A stretch of 64,000 nucleotides of DNA, taken from NCBI RefSeq assembly GCF_964355755.1, contig NC_092677.1, positions 26,771,175 to 26,835,174 on the forward strand, written 5' to 3'. Below, in pieces: positions 25,821 to 39,000 of this stretch. Positions within the stretch are counted from its first letter, which is position 1. Each line of letters opens with the position of its first letter. The stretch is from Antedon mediterranea. Taxonomy: Eukaryota; Animalia; Echinodermata. The notes under the pieces were generated by a model, which made no database searches, was not told the origin of the DNA, and saw only the letters and a program-made list of their open reading frames with translations. The position numbers were made by a program, and so were the translations under genes.

Positions 25821-28800
25821 TAAGAAAGAGTGGAAGCAAGAGAGACTATGGATAGAAGAATTAATTTATGGTTATTCTATTAATAGACAAGTCATACAAA
25901 AATTAACAAGACAGAAGTACAAACAGAACGTGCGTTTTACGCAGACTATACTATCCGACGATCATGTTTTTACCAAAATAGAAAAGAGACACCAAGATGT
26001 TGAGAAGCAAAGAATGGCAATATAGTTTGCCAAAACAGAAGTATCTTGATTTTATCATTATATGTTGTTATCATCGAATTCCATATGGAATTACTGTTTT
26101 GTTCTTGTCTAACAGAGGTGATACAATAACAAGTAAAAACTACATGTTTTTTAACTAATGAAATAATTTACACCAGTCTATAACAACACCGAGTAATTAG
26201 ACTAACTTACCCGGGAGAAAAATGCGTTTCTCCCTGGAGATGGTCGAGGCCAGATCCTACCTCCTACCAAGCCTAGCCTAACAGAGTAGCCTCTCATTAG
26301 TAAGATGTTAAATAGAGATACGAAATACTACCTCATTAATACTAATATATGATACAGAACTTTAAGATACAATCTTCCGATCAAGTCCACGTTCATTTGT
26401 GATCCAATCGAATATATTTCAATATGTACGTATAAGTCGGATATGGTTTCTATAAATATGTGAGTTGTGGTTAAAACTCCACTAGATATCGTAATAATTG
26501 GCCAAAAACTTGCAAAATGCTCAGTAGTCGTCCTTCAAGAATTATAAAATGTATAAGAAAGTAGCAGATGTTATTACCGCAGAAACCTCTCAGTTGGTTT
26601 ATAAATCGTTATCTTAAAAACCTAAATATGTGTGTGAAATCACATCAATAATATTCATAGTGTTTAATATTGATTATTGTAAAATATTTCGAGGGAGTCT
26701 GCTAAATCAAACAACAAATAAGTACGGTACATGAAGAGAGCAATTGAGCGATGGACAAAATTCAGCTACAGATGATGACGACGACAGTACAATCGATGGA
26801 AGACGATGTTTTTCGTCGACGACGACGGCGGAATTGACGACAACGGAGAAAGCAACAAATAACGAAGACGAGGTTGAATATGATTGTAACAAAATAAATG
26901 GCATTTTGATAACCAAACGTTCTGTTGAAGATGATGATATGAAAATGGCACGAGTGATGTAACAAACTGAATAAATGTGTTTACAAAAACACGAAAATGA
27001 TAACGATGTTAAAAACTAATCTAATTCCCTGACTAACAAAGAAACCCGATAAAGTAGCAAAATAACGATGCTGAGGTTGAATATGATTGTAACAATGGCA
27101 TTGATAAATGATAATCAAACGTTCTGTTGAAGATGATATGAAAAGGGTATAAGTGATGTAACTAACTGAATAAATGTGTTTGAAAAAACACGAAAACGAT
27201 GATAATTTAACCTATTGTTAAAACAAATTTAATTCACTAAGACGGAATTCGAAAACAAATGAAACCGATAAAGCAGCAAAATAAAAATAATCTAACTAAA
27301 ATAATGTTTAAATAATAATAATAACCGTTGACTTTGAATCAATTAAAAAGTAATTTAAATTGGAATGTCTAACATTTGATTCATTTAATGTAAAAACACG
27401 ACCAACACGTTGCACTTTGGTAAAGTTCAATTGTGTCTAATCTGGAACCAATATCATGTATGATTGACATTACTTATTAAAAAATAAATTTCACAAATTA
27501 AAACTAAATTAAATGGGTATGGGTTCAAGTTATTGACGGTAATTAAATAACAATATAAGAAATTAGGAAAAATTACAGATATGAACAGGTTTTAATATTC
27601 AATTGAATAGGCCCTACTTTATGTCTGCTGGTGAAGTACACAAGCGAACGATAATTTAACAGAATACTGTAACATTTAAAAACATCTTTATACGAAAACT
27701 AATCCTACATAATTCCTTATTTTACAAATACGACCGATAGTTGAAACTCTGATGAATACTGAATACATTTAAAAAGAATCTTTATACGAAAACTAGTCCT
27801 GCATACCTTCTTATTTTGGAGAACAAATTACGATCGAAGTACCGATAGGCCTAGTTGAAACTCTGTTTCTTAGCCTAGAATACATACATCAGTTTTTATC
27901 AAATTATTTGAGAATACGCTATGTATAGTATTTATGACCGACACGGCCACTGACCGAAACGGCCGCAAACAAATTTTGTTTAAAAAAATGTATTTCTGAA
28001 TAAAGTACTGTCGTTAACGTATTTCTGTCAAAACACGTAAGTACTGGTAGGCCTATCTTCTGCTTAGGTTGTAATATTACTACAGCGTAAAGTGGATTAT
28101 TATTAAAAATACCAAAGAGTATTTATAATGCGATTTAATAATATACATAAAATTTCGATTTGAGATAAGTAAAACTACTGAATTGGATTAAGTAGCCTAT
28201 ACTTAGCCTATACCATAGAGATATTATATATATATATATATGACTGTACACAGTAGAGTTTGAGTAAATCTAGTAAAATTGTAACACACTAGGCCTATAG
28301 GAAGTATCAACTACTATTGCAGTAATTTTAGAGTCAAATGTCGTAGTTAGAGCCAATTTAGTCACAAATTACTAACTTTACTACTTGACACTAACACATA
28401 GGTTGTCATTCGAGGTGCCTAGGCCTTAGGTTAGGCCCCTATGGTGCTTTAGATCTGTAATCAGCAAGCCGGACAGAAGCCCACCACGACGGCTAACCCT
28501 ACTATCGTCACGTAGTCTCCATATGAAATGATTTACACCATCATTATGAGTTAAATTTGAGACGTTTTTGTATTATTAGCAGTGACAAAGTAAATCCAAG
28601 TCGACATCCCTTATTTGAAGGATACGCGTTAACAGTGTTCTTCACGGTGAGACAAATTAATCGCCACTAATTGCTTTCAGATTTATTAAAATAGATTTCA
28701 TAAATAATTATTTCTTTGGATTTATTCATGTTTGTGTTTCGTTCTAAGACAACATGATGGAATGTTCGCACATAAATCTATAATTGGCTACCTACAGATA

Positions 28801-31800
28801 TTATTTCCTACAAAATGTGTAACTTTGCAGGGGATAATGTTATTTAACATTTCTATAATTGTAATTGAAAACTTGGTTTCCATTAAGACGCAACGCAATG
28901 ACGGAAACGTCACGCAATGACGTAAACGTAACGCAATGACGGAAACGTCACGCAATGACGGAAACGTCACGCAAAGACGGAAGCGTAAGGCACTGACTGA
29001 AGCGTAGCGCAATTGATTTGACCAACCACGACGCGATGGATCATACCAACAACGAATTCTTTGCGCACACATAGTACACACTCAATCTTCGGCGCATTCT
29101 TAATTTCCGTTGGGGTTACGTCAACACGTATTCTACAAGCTTCTTAAATCTGTATATTAACTTATATATCAACTCATTTTTACGGATTTACCATTGACGA
29201 ACCAATATAAGAAACAAAAAGAGAACTTCTTCGTTCAATAAAACGGCTCAAAGATATAAACTAAAAGTCAACAAAAACATTATCAGAACGGTAGTTAAAT
29301 ATATACAGTAAAAATTACATAATGTCTAGGAACTTTTTACGACTTTCTTTCAACGAGATTATTATGTTTCTTCAGTGGTTTAAATGTTCAGATTAAACAA
29401 ACAAATGTGTAATCTGGTCAAACGACCTATAATAGTTCAAACGTCTAATGTGTTTAGTTCTTTTGTTACATAATTGTTAAAACTTCCAAGTGGAAAGTAG
29501 ATTAAAAAGTGCATAAGGCCTTAAGCCCTGTCTACACTATCAAACTAGATTGACAAAAAAAGTGTGATCCTCAACTTCTCCATAGAGATGAACTTAAAAC
29601 TCCATTTAAATCAATTTACATTAATTGCATTTCTAATTTGTGTCAATTCAGCCCAGGAATTCAATACACCCTTCCAAAATGGGTTGCTTAATCTCTTTGA
29701 AATTTCAAAAACTGGACAGGATCAAAAATTGAACAGGATGTATTTACAAAGGTATTGAACATTTATGTTGTCATCCATCTCAACAGAGATATTGATATAT
29801 TCCTGCTACCAAAGTACACGTAAACTCTAGGCTCTGAGTCAACATATTGCACTTGGGGAACACCTAGTTCTTACACCGCAACTCGTCCACTTTATGTGTT
29901 GTATTTATTCGTGAAAATGATACTAGAATACGAGTAGGCCTACAACTCCCTTGCTATTGCTTATGGCAATGCAATTTCTTACTAATCGGTAAAGTTCGCT
30001 TGTACTCTTTTTTTTTTTACGCATTTGAAATTAGTTATCATGTTCTTTTATGTCATATATAGTATCATTGTACTTTTTTTTATTCCAATTCAATGTAAAA
30101 TGTAATTTCATTGTTTAACAAATCCCTCAAAATATAATTTTCAACATTTTGTTGTTGAATATACCATTTTAATGTCACATAATAGTTATTCACTTTGACA
30201 AAAAAATTGGATCGAAAAAATTATTTACCTAAAGCAAATTTACTTTAGTTTTTTAGGCTAAATCTAATGTTTTCTATTCTGAAACATAATAATTATATTT
30301 TTAATAAAATGGACTACTACTACTACTACTACTTTATGCGTTGAAGCCACGGAAGGTAAAGTGGTTTGTGTCATGCATTCAACAAGATTACAAAGTACGT
30401 CAAATTCATGTTTTTTAAAAACGATGAATAATTTACATGGTGGCCAGCAGAAATGGAAAGACACAGCAACAATTCCATGGCGGCGATAATTGAAGCAATC
30501 ATTGTAATTAAATCAATCGATTCATTTAGCAGATAATAAGACACTATCAACAAGAATAACAAGTATCTACACAACTACCAACTACTAAATGCTTACTTCC
30601 GATTGATTCTTATTGATCACGTGGTCTATAACTATTCTGATTGGCTGTTAGGCTGTCAAGCTTATCGTCTGCTATCATTGAGTTACAAGCAATTGGAAAC
30701 TTTAGCCTTTATCGCTGGGTGGTGGTTAATTAGACGAATGAATTGCTGTAGCATTTGTATTAACAACTACGTTTGGTTACTTAAGAATCTTTTCTTAAGT
30801 TAGCATCTAAGAAGGATTTTGACCGAGAGAATTCGGCGGACACCTGGCATCGCATGAACCATATAAGAGAAAACAAAACACAAACTCAGCATCTTCGCTC
30901 CTGTCCGTATGAGACTCGACACTACAACCAAATTATGTGCTTATCGAATTATCGGCTGTACTGTAATTATCTCGAAATATGTATTTGGAATAATATTTAT
31001 CTTGAATGGTTGTAATTGCCGTAGGCCCACCCGCTACGATCACACAGAGGTCTCTCAAAGATCTACCGCCGTCGTACCGGCTGATATTTCAGGTAACGCC
31101 TGGGCCTACCACCTAGCTATTGTTTGGTGAGAAAACTCTACAAAATAGTGCAAATTTAAGAATAGAACCACGCGGAGGTATACGCACTATTTTCTCGTAT
31201 CTTGGGTCTTAAGAAAACACCTGAGGCTGTACATGTGTTTTGATTGGTGAAAAGTGCAAAGGCATCGCCGTGAACTAGGAGGCATAACTATTTTTATAAG
31301 TTACAATCTTTAATATTTTAATATTTCAATCGACAAGACTAATTTAAGCGAGTAATTAGCGGGCATGCTACACGTTTTCAACCCGTCCCATATGGATGCC
31401 AATTGGACAGCAACACGCACGAATAAAAATAATAATTTTAATCAAGTTCATCTCGGTAGAAACTATAACTGTATTTTAAAATAAACAAAAGAAAACATTT
31501 CTGCAAAGAAATCATGTTTTTTGGAAACGAACGAAATTGTACTAATTTTGTGTTTGTTTGTTTATTTATCTACTTATGAATGTAATAGGCTTAAATCCGA
31601 AAAACATACGAAATGTGTATTGTACTTAACTTCAGTAACTTTTCAACATGTTACATTAAGATGATATATCAGATGTAATTGTAGTTATTAGATGATAACA
31701 TCAGGGGCACAGAATTTACAAAAAAATTTAATGAAACGATAAATAAGAGAAATCTGTGAGAATATACAAAATAATAATTGTCCACATTTTATATTTAAAA

Positions 31801-31879
31801 TACATAAAACATTTTATTATATGATATATTTTATTGAAAGTCTGCGTATATATATATATAATTTAAGTTTCAATATAAA

Positions 31880-32240
31880 CGACCATTGAAGCTGTTTTTT
31901 AGTTTCATTCCAAATTTTTTTATATCTCTACCAAGCTACCATCTTTGTTTTCTACTTTTATTCAGACTCCATCCCGTGTCCTTTTGTTGTACAGTATTTC
32001 TTTTATTCCTGTCCGCCTAGGCAGCACTTGCCAGCTCTTATACTATGACGTTATCCAAATTCCTTCACTTGCACTGATGAAGGGCTAGTGTTGCCCGAAA
32101 GCTCTGCTAACTTTTCTGGATGTTTTACTTATCGTTTTGATTTAGCTTTTCGCTTTTTTTGTATCTCCATTGAGATCCAGCCACTGATACCCACACCTTT
32201 GTCATTTCAGTAATTTGCCTTTGGATTTATATATATATAT
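31880..32240 (+). mobile_element. Penelope-like element terminal-repeat relic
   Basis: Contains CACTGATGAAGGGC...GCCCGAAAGCTC, typical of PLE ends; bounded by (TA)n tracts; the tail recurs in reverse at 37490-37760. Confidence 0.55.
32069..32110 (+). ncRNA. Minimal type-I hammerhead ribozyme motif
   Basis: UUGCA-CUGAUGA-A-GGGC(UAGUGUU)GCCC-GAAA-GC-UC^UGCUAA: conserved core boxes, 4-bp stem II, very short self-complementary stem III and short stem I. Confidence 0.55.
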
Positions 32241-33387
32241 ATTTATAACAATTATATTATAGTAGCTTTTTTATTTCTAATTTTTTCCAAGTACTCTTTA
32301 ATGTTTTCTTTGAGCTTTTGCTTATTTTATTTCTATCTCCATTTGATACCAACACCGTTGTTTTTTTTTTCAGTAACTTCTCGTTAAATAATTATCAACT
32401 ATATTTATATAACATTGTTTATATAGTAGTCCATGATAATGTTAGACATCGAATTCAACTTATTTTCCAAAATTAAAACCATCTTTATCTAAAAAACCGA
32501 TAGCTTTATTATAATTATTTTATTGTACGTTTTTTATATACAATTTTAAATTACGTAATAGCTGTCTCACTTGAAAACGATTTTATGATGAAATCGAAAC
32601 TTTACTGATAGCGTTATTCTCTACGATGCTATAGACCTATTTTTAAACTATTATTGTACTATATTTATACTATATTTTTGTAAAAAAAAAAACATAAACA
32701 ACACAATCAGTTAATAAAGTAATCATTTGATATGGCTATGCTTGCATTTTTCATATTGCATGATTAAGGTACAGTTGCTTATGTTTAAATAAATAAATAT
32801 ATCTTACAAAAAAAGTCAAATTGTTGTTAATATACTACTACTATATATTTTCAAAATTCATCACAATTAGTCCTTGTGTTTATAACCTCTGTCTACACTA
32901 TCAAACTTTATGTGAAAAAATGTGATGTGCCCAAATATGTTAGTGATATGACATAATCATGTCCATATATGGGCACATCACATTTTCTAGTCACATAAAG
33001 TTTGATAGTGTAGACAGAGTTTTGTTGTAACAAGAGTTGCACAACTGTCGCAGTCTGTTAAATTATTCATTTGTCTAAAAACCAGAAACAAAAGCTAGCT
33101 ATTATCTCTTTATTGCAACTATTTAGGTTGTCCCATTGACATTGGTGTTTAGCATAAGACAACTTTACTAACTTATTTTTTAAGTATTAGTATGTTCATT
33201 ATTATATCAACACCTCATCACAACCCTCACTTGCAATTATTTCTTGGTTTCAATGGGTTGCCCATTGATAGCTATTGGCATTGGTATTTAGCATAGGACA
33301 ACTTTACCAACTCTGCTTATTAATTTTTAAGTATTATTTTTTTCATTATTTATACACCTTCATATTATCATGATATTCATTATTTAA

Positions 33388-33906
33388 AGATGTATTGTCC
33401 CTTGAAACACAAAAAATGAAGCTCAAAATATTCTAAATTTAAATTGGCCATATCAAAGTAATATTAAAGTTATTCACTTTAAGCCAAAAATTGGAGCCAA
33501 AAACAACAAGTTTACGTAATTAACAGGTAAATTAATTTGATTACATTTCGTCTGGAAAATTGTCGCGAGCGAAAGTAAATAATGATTTCAAACCATGAGT
33601 ATGCATTGTGTATGATGCTAATTAGGATTGTTTACAACTTGTCACGGTTGAGAAGGTGTTTTCACACAGATTGCGAGTAAGTTTCATGATTATGCATACA
33701 GAGTGGCCAAACAAGCGCGTTGCATTATGAGATATGTTTTGATCGAAAACTTGGACTGGAAGTCAAAGTTATTTTTTTAACAAACACCCGTCTGTATTTC
33801 AGTTAAATGATTTTTTTTCGACTAATTTTTGGTGAAAGTTAATAACTATTATGATACTTCAAAATGACCCAAATTTTTGGGAATTAGTCAAAGGGACAAT
33901 ACATCT
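33388..33906. mobile_element. TTAA-flanked TIR element, family D (longer copy)
   Basis: TTAA|AGATGTATTGTCCCTTGA...TCAAAGGGACAATACATCT|TTAA. Confidence 0.8.
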
Positions 33907-34155
33907 TTAATATGTCAAATCATCAGATCTAGAGAGTTAGTTCTATATTGAGGTAATGCTTCCTAATATACAAATATATTATTTTCAAATTTTGGAACCG
34001 ATTATAATATTTTCTATCTAAATATACTCCCCCACTTATCTTCTTCTAAACATGTATTAGACTAATATCAATGAGAAATGTAAAGACAAATTTGTTTTAA
34101 TAAGAAAATATTTGTTTTGTACAAAATACCTGTATTATACAGGTATTTTTTATTC

Positions 34156-34398
34156 CGTGATCAGAAACTCATTAAGCTGAGGAGGCTAATAACATTGTTG
34201 TCACAATCACTTCTACGTGATCAGAAACTCATTAAGCTGAGGAGGCTAATAACATTGTTGTCACAATCACTTCTACGTGATTATAAACTCATTAAGCTGA
34301 GGAGGCTAATAACATTGTTGTCACAATCACTTCTACATGATCAGAAACTCATTAAGCTGAGGAGGCTAATAACATTGTTGTCACAATCACTTCTACAT
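34156..34398. repeat. 60-bp tandem repeat x4
   Basis: CGTGATCAGAAACTCATTAAGCTGAGGAGGCTAATAACATTGTTGTCACAATCACTTCTA repeated almost perfectly. Confidence 0.95.
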
Positions 34399-34502
34399 AG
34401 TATCGGGAAAACAAAATTTTCTATTTTGGTGTAAGTAACCATGATCAAGTTTTAGCTAGCATTTTCAAAAGATTTTGAAAATCTTAAAAGTACACTAAAG
34501 AT

Positions 34503-34730
34503 TAATCAATCAATCGTTCGATTTATATAGCGCTATTCCAACAGTCATTGCTCATGGCGCTGCATACAAATATCAGAAAAGGTGAGTTTTGAGTAGTGAC
34601 TTAAAGGTGCTCAATAATGATGTTTGTTTATGGTTCCACAGCCTAGGTCCTGCAATACTAAAAGTCCGATCTCCCCAACTATGTTTGCTCCTCAGAATGT
34701 ACAGTATCACCTGATGACTAGATCTTATCA
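34503..34730 (-). mobile_element. 3' end of an L2/CR1-type LINE
   Basis: Translates WGDRTFSIAGPRLWN...FKSLLKTHLF* (L2 ORF2 C-terminus), followed by a GCGCTATATAAAT 3' motif and an (ATTG)n tail. Confidence 0.8.
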
Positions 34731-34971
34731 GTAATTTGTTGATAAAATATTGCTTACTTTTCATAAAATGTTTTCTTTAGTTTTCAAATGCGAGGGAGTG
34801 AAATTGAGATTGTCATTTTGCCCGCGTCCATAGGCAATATGATTACTGTTACTGCCTCGTCCTTCGGATGGGATGTGTAGTATCTACACATGGAATGAAG
34901 ATACTCCCTGATGTATGATTTCCGACTTAAAAACACATATACCTAGACCAATCAACAATTACCACCAAGCA

Positions 34972-35095
34972 GCCAACACACAGTAGTGTGGTCAGGTCTG
35001 GTAAAAAGTCAGCCAACACACAGAGGTGTTGTTAGGTCTGGTAACAAGTCATTCAACACACAGTAGTGTGGTCAGGTCTGGTAACAAGTCATTAA
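34972..35095. repeat. 40-bp tandem repeat x3
   Basis: CAACACACAGTAGTGTGGTCAGGTCTGGTAACAAGTCATT variants. Confidence 0.85.
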
Positions 35096-35839
35096 ACTTT
35101 GGGCTCGAAACAATTGCATTTATTGTTTTTTCCAAGTAAGTAATCGCAAAATAAACACCATCCTATATAAACAATTAGAATTAAAATTGGTTAAAAAAAC
35201 TACTGCAAGTTGGACAGTTTGTCTGTGCATGCTTTCAGACCGATTAAAAATGGCGGACTTGATAATAGTTAATAAAAATATATAAAAAAAACGTTTTCTT
35301 GCTTTTTATTAACTGCATTTGAAACCTGCACTACACAGATTGTTTTATTTTTTTATGCGTTTTATTCAGGAGAAGAATAATTTTCTTCTTGCGTACTGTA
35401 GACCCCGATAAAATATTTAAGTGGATTTATATATTTCACTTGTTAAAAACTTTTTTTTTCAAGTTCACAATATGTATAATTATGTTTCTATGATGTAGTA
35501 TGTTTAAGCGGATATTAGCCCTTGATGGCATTTGCAGCAATAAAGAAATTGAATTGAATTGAATTTGAATTGAATTGAATTTGAATTGAATCTTGTTGTA
35601 ATCAATTGTTGTAATCAATCGTGTTGGAAGCAATTAATTCTTCCAAGTTTACAGTGTTTTGATAATTTCCGCTTTATGGTTAATTCTCCGGTTTACCTTA
35701 AACCTAATAAGATTTCTGTTGTCGTGAAAGTTATAACGGACACTGACTACAACCACACAAATTTGTAACGCTCTTCGGAGCTGTGTTATTCAAGCGTAAA
35801 ATCTCCCGTATGAAGAAATTTATTGGCGAAAGAAAAACA

Positions 35840-35972
35840 CCGTTATACCTGAATCATGAGAAGACAATGGTCAGCAAAGTTGACCGTTAAAACTGAATTA
35901 TGAGAAGACAATGGTCAGCAAAGTTGACCGTTAAAACTGAATCATAAGAAGACAATGGTCAGCAAAGTTGAC
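35840..35972. repeat. 44-bp tandem repeat x3 containing minus-strand splice acceptors
   Basis: Plus-strand CTGAAT(C/T)AT(G/A)AGAAGACAATGGTCAGCAAAGTTGAC starts at 35849, 35893 and 35937. Confidence 0.9.
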
Positions 35973-36016
35973 AAAGGCAGTATCAACAAATAATTAGAAA
36001 ACATTTTTTTTTTACC

Positions 36017-39000
36017 TTAACTGTCCTTAGCATGGTTGCGTTTTTGTTCTTTCCATTCTTCAATTTGTTGTCTTAGATCGTCCTTGGGTATTACCATATC
36101 CATTGTTAGAGGTTTGCGATTAAATGGGTCGTGAGGGTCACTGTGCGGAAGTAATTAAAAAACAATATTAAAATAAATGAATAACAATTAATTATTCTAA
36201 AAATCTTTACAATTTTATTGTCTGATTGCAAAATGCACATGTTTGTTAATTTGAACTTTTAACCCTTTTAAATGATTATTATTCTGAACATTGTCAGTTA
36301 AGTTTAGTAATAATCAAACATTTATATTGCAGTAAATCCTGAAATTTACTAATTAATTTGAATCAAAAGTTGATGAATGTTTGAAAAAAAAGTGTTAGTT
36401 TAGTTTTAAAGGCATTTATTCAAGCAAAAAGGGTAACACATACAATGATATGCGGTATCAATAGTAGGTTAAAGATTTTTTTATTTATTTAAAAACTTAT
36501 TAATACAGGATAAAAAACATATCAGGTATAGATATTGCACCTGTTTTACATTTATAGTCTTGTTTTTTAAAGGAATCTTTTAAAAAACATGCATAAAAAA
36601 ACATTAAAAAAACATTAAAAAACTTACATTAATAAAACTTTAAAATCACAATACAAAGACAGACAATAATTACAATGCTTTTAAAAAGGAGTGACAAAAG
36701 GAGTGACAAAAGGAGTGAAAAAAGGAGTGAAAAAAAGGAGTGAAAAAAGGAGTGAAAAAGGAGTGAAAAAAGGAGTGAAAAATTTAAGGGAACATAAAAT
36801 GTAATTGTTTAAAATATGTTTATAAATATAGTAGACTTAATAAAATATTCTGAAAAGGAAAAAATCCTAAAAGATAAATGAACATAAATGATTTTGATGA
36901 ACCAACCTCATAACATGTCTCTGAATGGTACTTCTTTCAACTATTTGATTTGAAGTTGGAAGCAGGACTGGGTCAGTCATCAGAATGGTCAACAAGGGGT
37001 CAAGGAACTCATCTGGTGCATCTGCAAACAGTTCTTCCTCTGTCTCTTTCAACAATGACATTTTCTGTATTTAAACAATTTAATAATTTGTATTAAGATC
37101 AAATGTTAAGGCCAAAAAACACAGACGAGCAGTAAAGGTAATGAAAATATATAAAATGTTATTCCTTATGACTATTCACAAACAACCCGGAGCACACAGG
37201 TGGTTACCGCTAAGGATAGATACAGCTTCTAGCAGGGACAAGATATGGTTTCCGCTTACTGTTAACGCTTGTCTGTGTAAATTAGCCTTAAGAGTCTATT
37301 AATTATGGTAAGGCACACTGTGCTATTCATGTTTTATTGATACAGTATTTGCCGGTAAATTGCTTAGATTGCAGTTTGATACTGTTAAATGCATTATATA
37401 GCACTGCATAATTCATCAAAGGCATTTTTGCCATTTCATACTTTTCCATTATGGATACTGTCATTTATATACAGAGCAGTACACAAAAATAGAAAGGCAA
37501 TTACTAAGGAAATGACAATGCTGTGGGTATCAGTGGCTGGATCGAAATGGAGATACAAATAAAAAAACATTGAAAAATGACAATGCTCCTGTGGGTATCA
37601 GTGGCTGGATCACAATGGGGATACAAATAAAAAAACATTGAAAAATGACAATGCTCCTGTTGGTATCAGTTGCTGGATCACAATGGAGATACAAATAAAA
37701 AAACATTGAAAAATGACAATGCTATGGGCATTACTAGTGGTTGGATCACAATGGGGAAAGACACCATTTTTTGTTTTAAATAATTGATAAACCCCACAAA
37801 CCTTCAAGAACGTCAAAGCCGTAGCAAAAGGTTAAAAACAGACGAGGCAAAGATGCTTTAAATATAATTATTATTATAAAATATGACAATCTCTGCTGGG
37901 GAATTGGGGTGGGTAGTGAAATTTGAAAATGTTTAGGGCTACAGCCTGAACATGTAGCTAACCCAAGAAAACCCAATAAAAGTAATTGAATCATAAACTC
38001 ACTTGGTAATGTGTCTTATGTTAAAAAAATTTGTGTTGTGTTAATATATTATTATAATAATATTATTAATATACCTACTAAAACACCAATTTCTGGTTTA
38101 AAATAATTAATTTATAAATGCTGCAAACCTCCAAAACCACAGAGGAAACAGTATCAAAGTAGTTTGGCAAAAATACGGTAGTGATATTCTCAAATATGGT
38201 AGTGATATATACTAAAATATGGTAGTGATATACCCAAATATAGTAGTGATATGACATCATCATGTCCATATATGGGCATAGTGTAGACAAGGCTTAAGAC
38301 ATCATGTGAACACACCTTAAATTTAGTTGCCACAACTTTAATTCCCTGGATTGTTGAAGACTCAGCACAAACTTTGATCAAGACTTTTTCTAACTTGATA
38401 AACAGACCCGGCGTGTATGACCTTTCGTCGCCAGCCACTGCCTCACAAAACGCATCCTGATCTCCAAGGTTTACATATATTTTAGAAATGTCTTTCACAA
38501 GCTGCTTAGGTTTGAAGTCGTATGCATCAAAATCCCTCACTTTCAAAAGACCCATTTTGTTTCCAATCAGTTTGACTAGAAAATCGTTGAACATTGCTGC
38601 AACTCTGTCAACCATGGAAGAGTGTGTGAACACATCTTTAATTTCTGTAAATAAACAATTCAGTTGTTTACTAATCAATGAAGAATGTGTAAACACACCT
38701 TTCTTTACCTTCTATAAATAAACATGTAGTTGTTTGATAAGCTCTGTCTACACAATAATGTGATGTGACATCATCCATATATGGGCACAACACATAAAGT
38801 TTGATAGTGTAGACAGAGCTTTAGGCTGGTGCATAGTGTACTTATCCACAGAGACCTGTAATTTATTGATAAAAACTGTATGGACATTATGGACATTATG
38901 GCAGGAGGAAGTAATTTGATTATACATTTCAACTCTTATTTTTACATCAATTATCTCTTTTTTTTCTGTGTAGACAGAGCTTATTAAGGCACAGAAAGAT

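Noticed and set aside
25900-26050. Scattered homeobox-like words (RRS, VFT, EKR, KQKYL, YQNR) downstream of Barx
   Set aside because: They fall in different frames with wrong order and spacing; compatible with chance in A-rich sequence.
28732-29081. ORFs with repeated CVTFPSLR
   Set aside because: They arise from internal GCAATGACGGAAACGTCAC repeats of a family-C-related MITE derivative.
34117-34434. 105-aa ORF with repeated RDQKLIKLRRLITLLSQSLL
   Set aside because: A by-product of a 60-bp tandem repeat that lacks stops in one frame; no ATG start or splice context.
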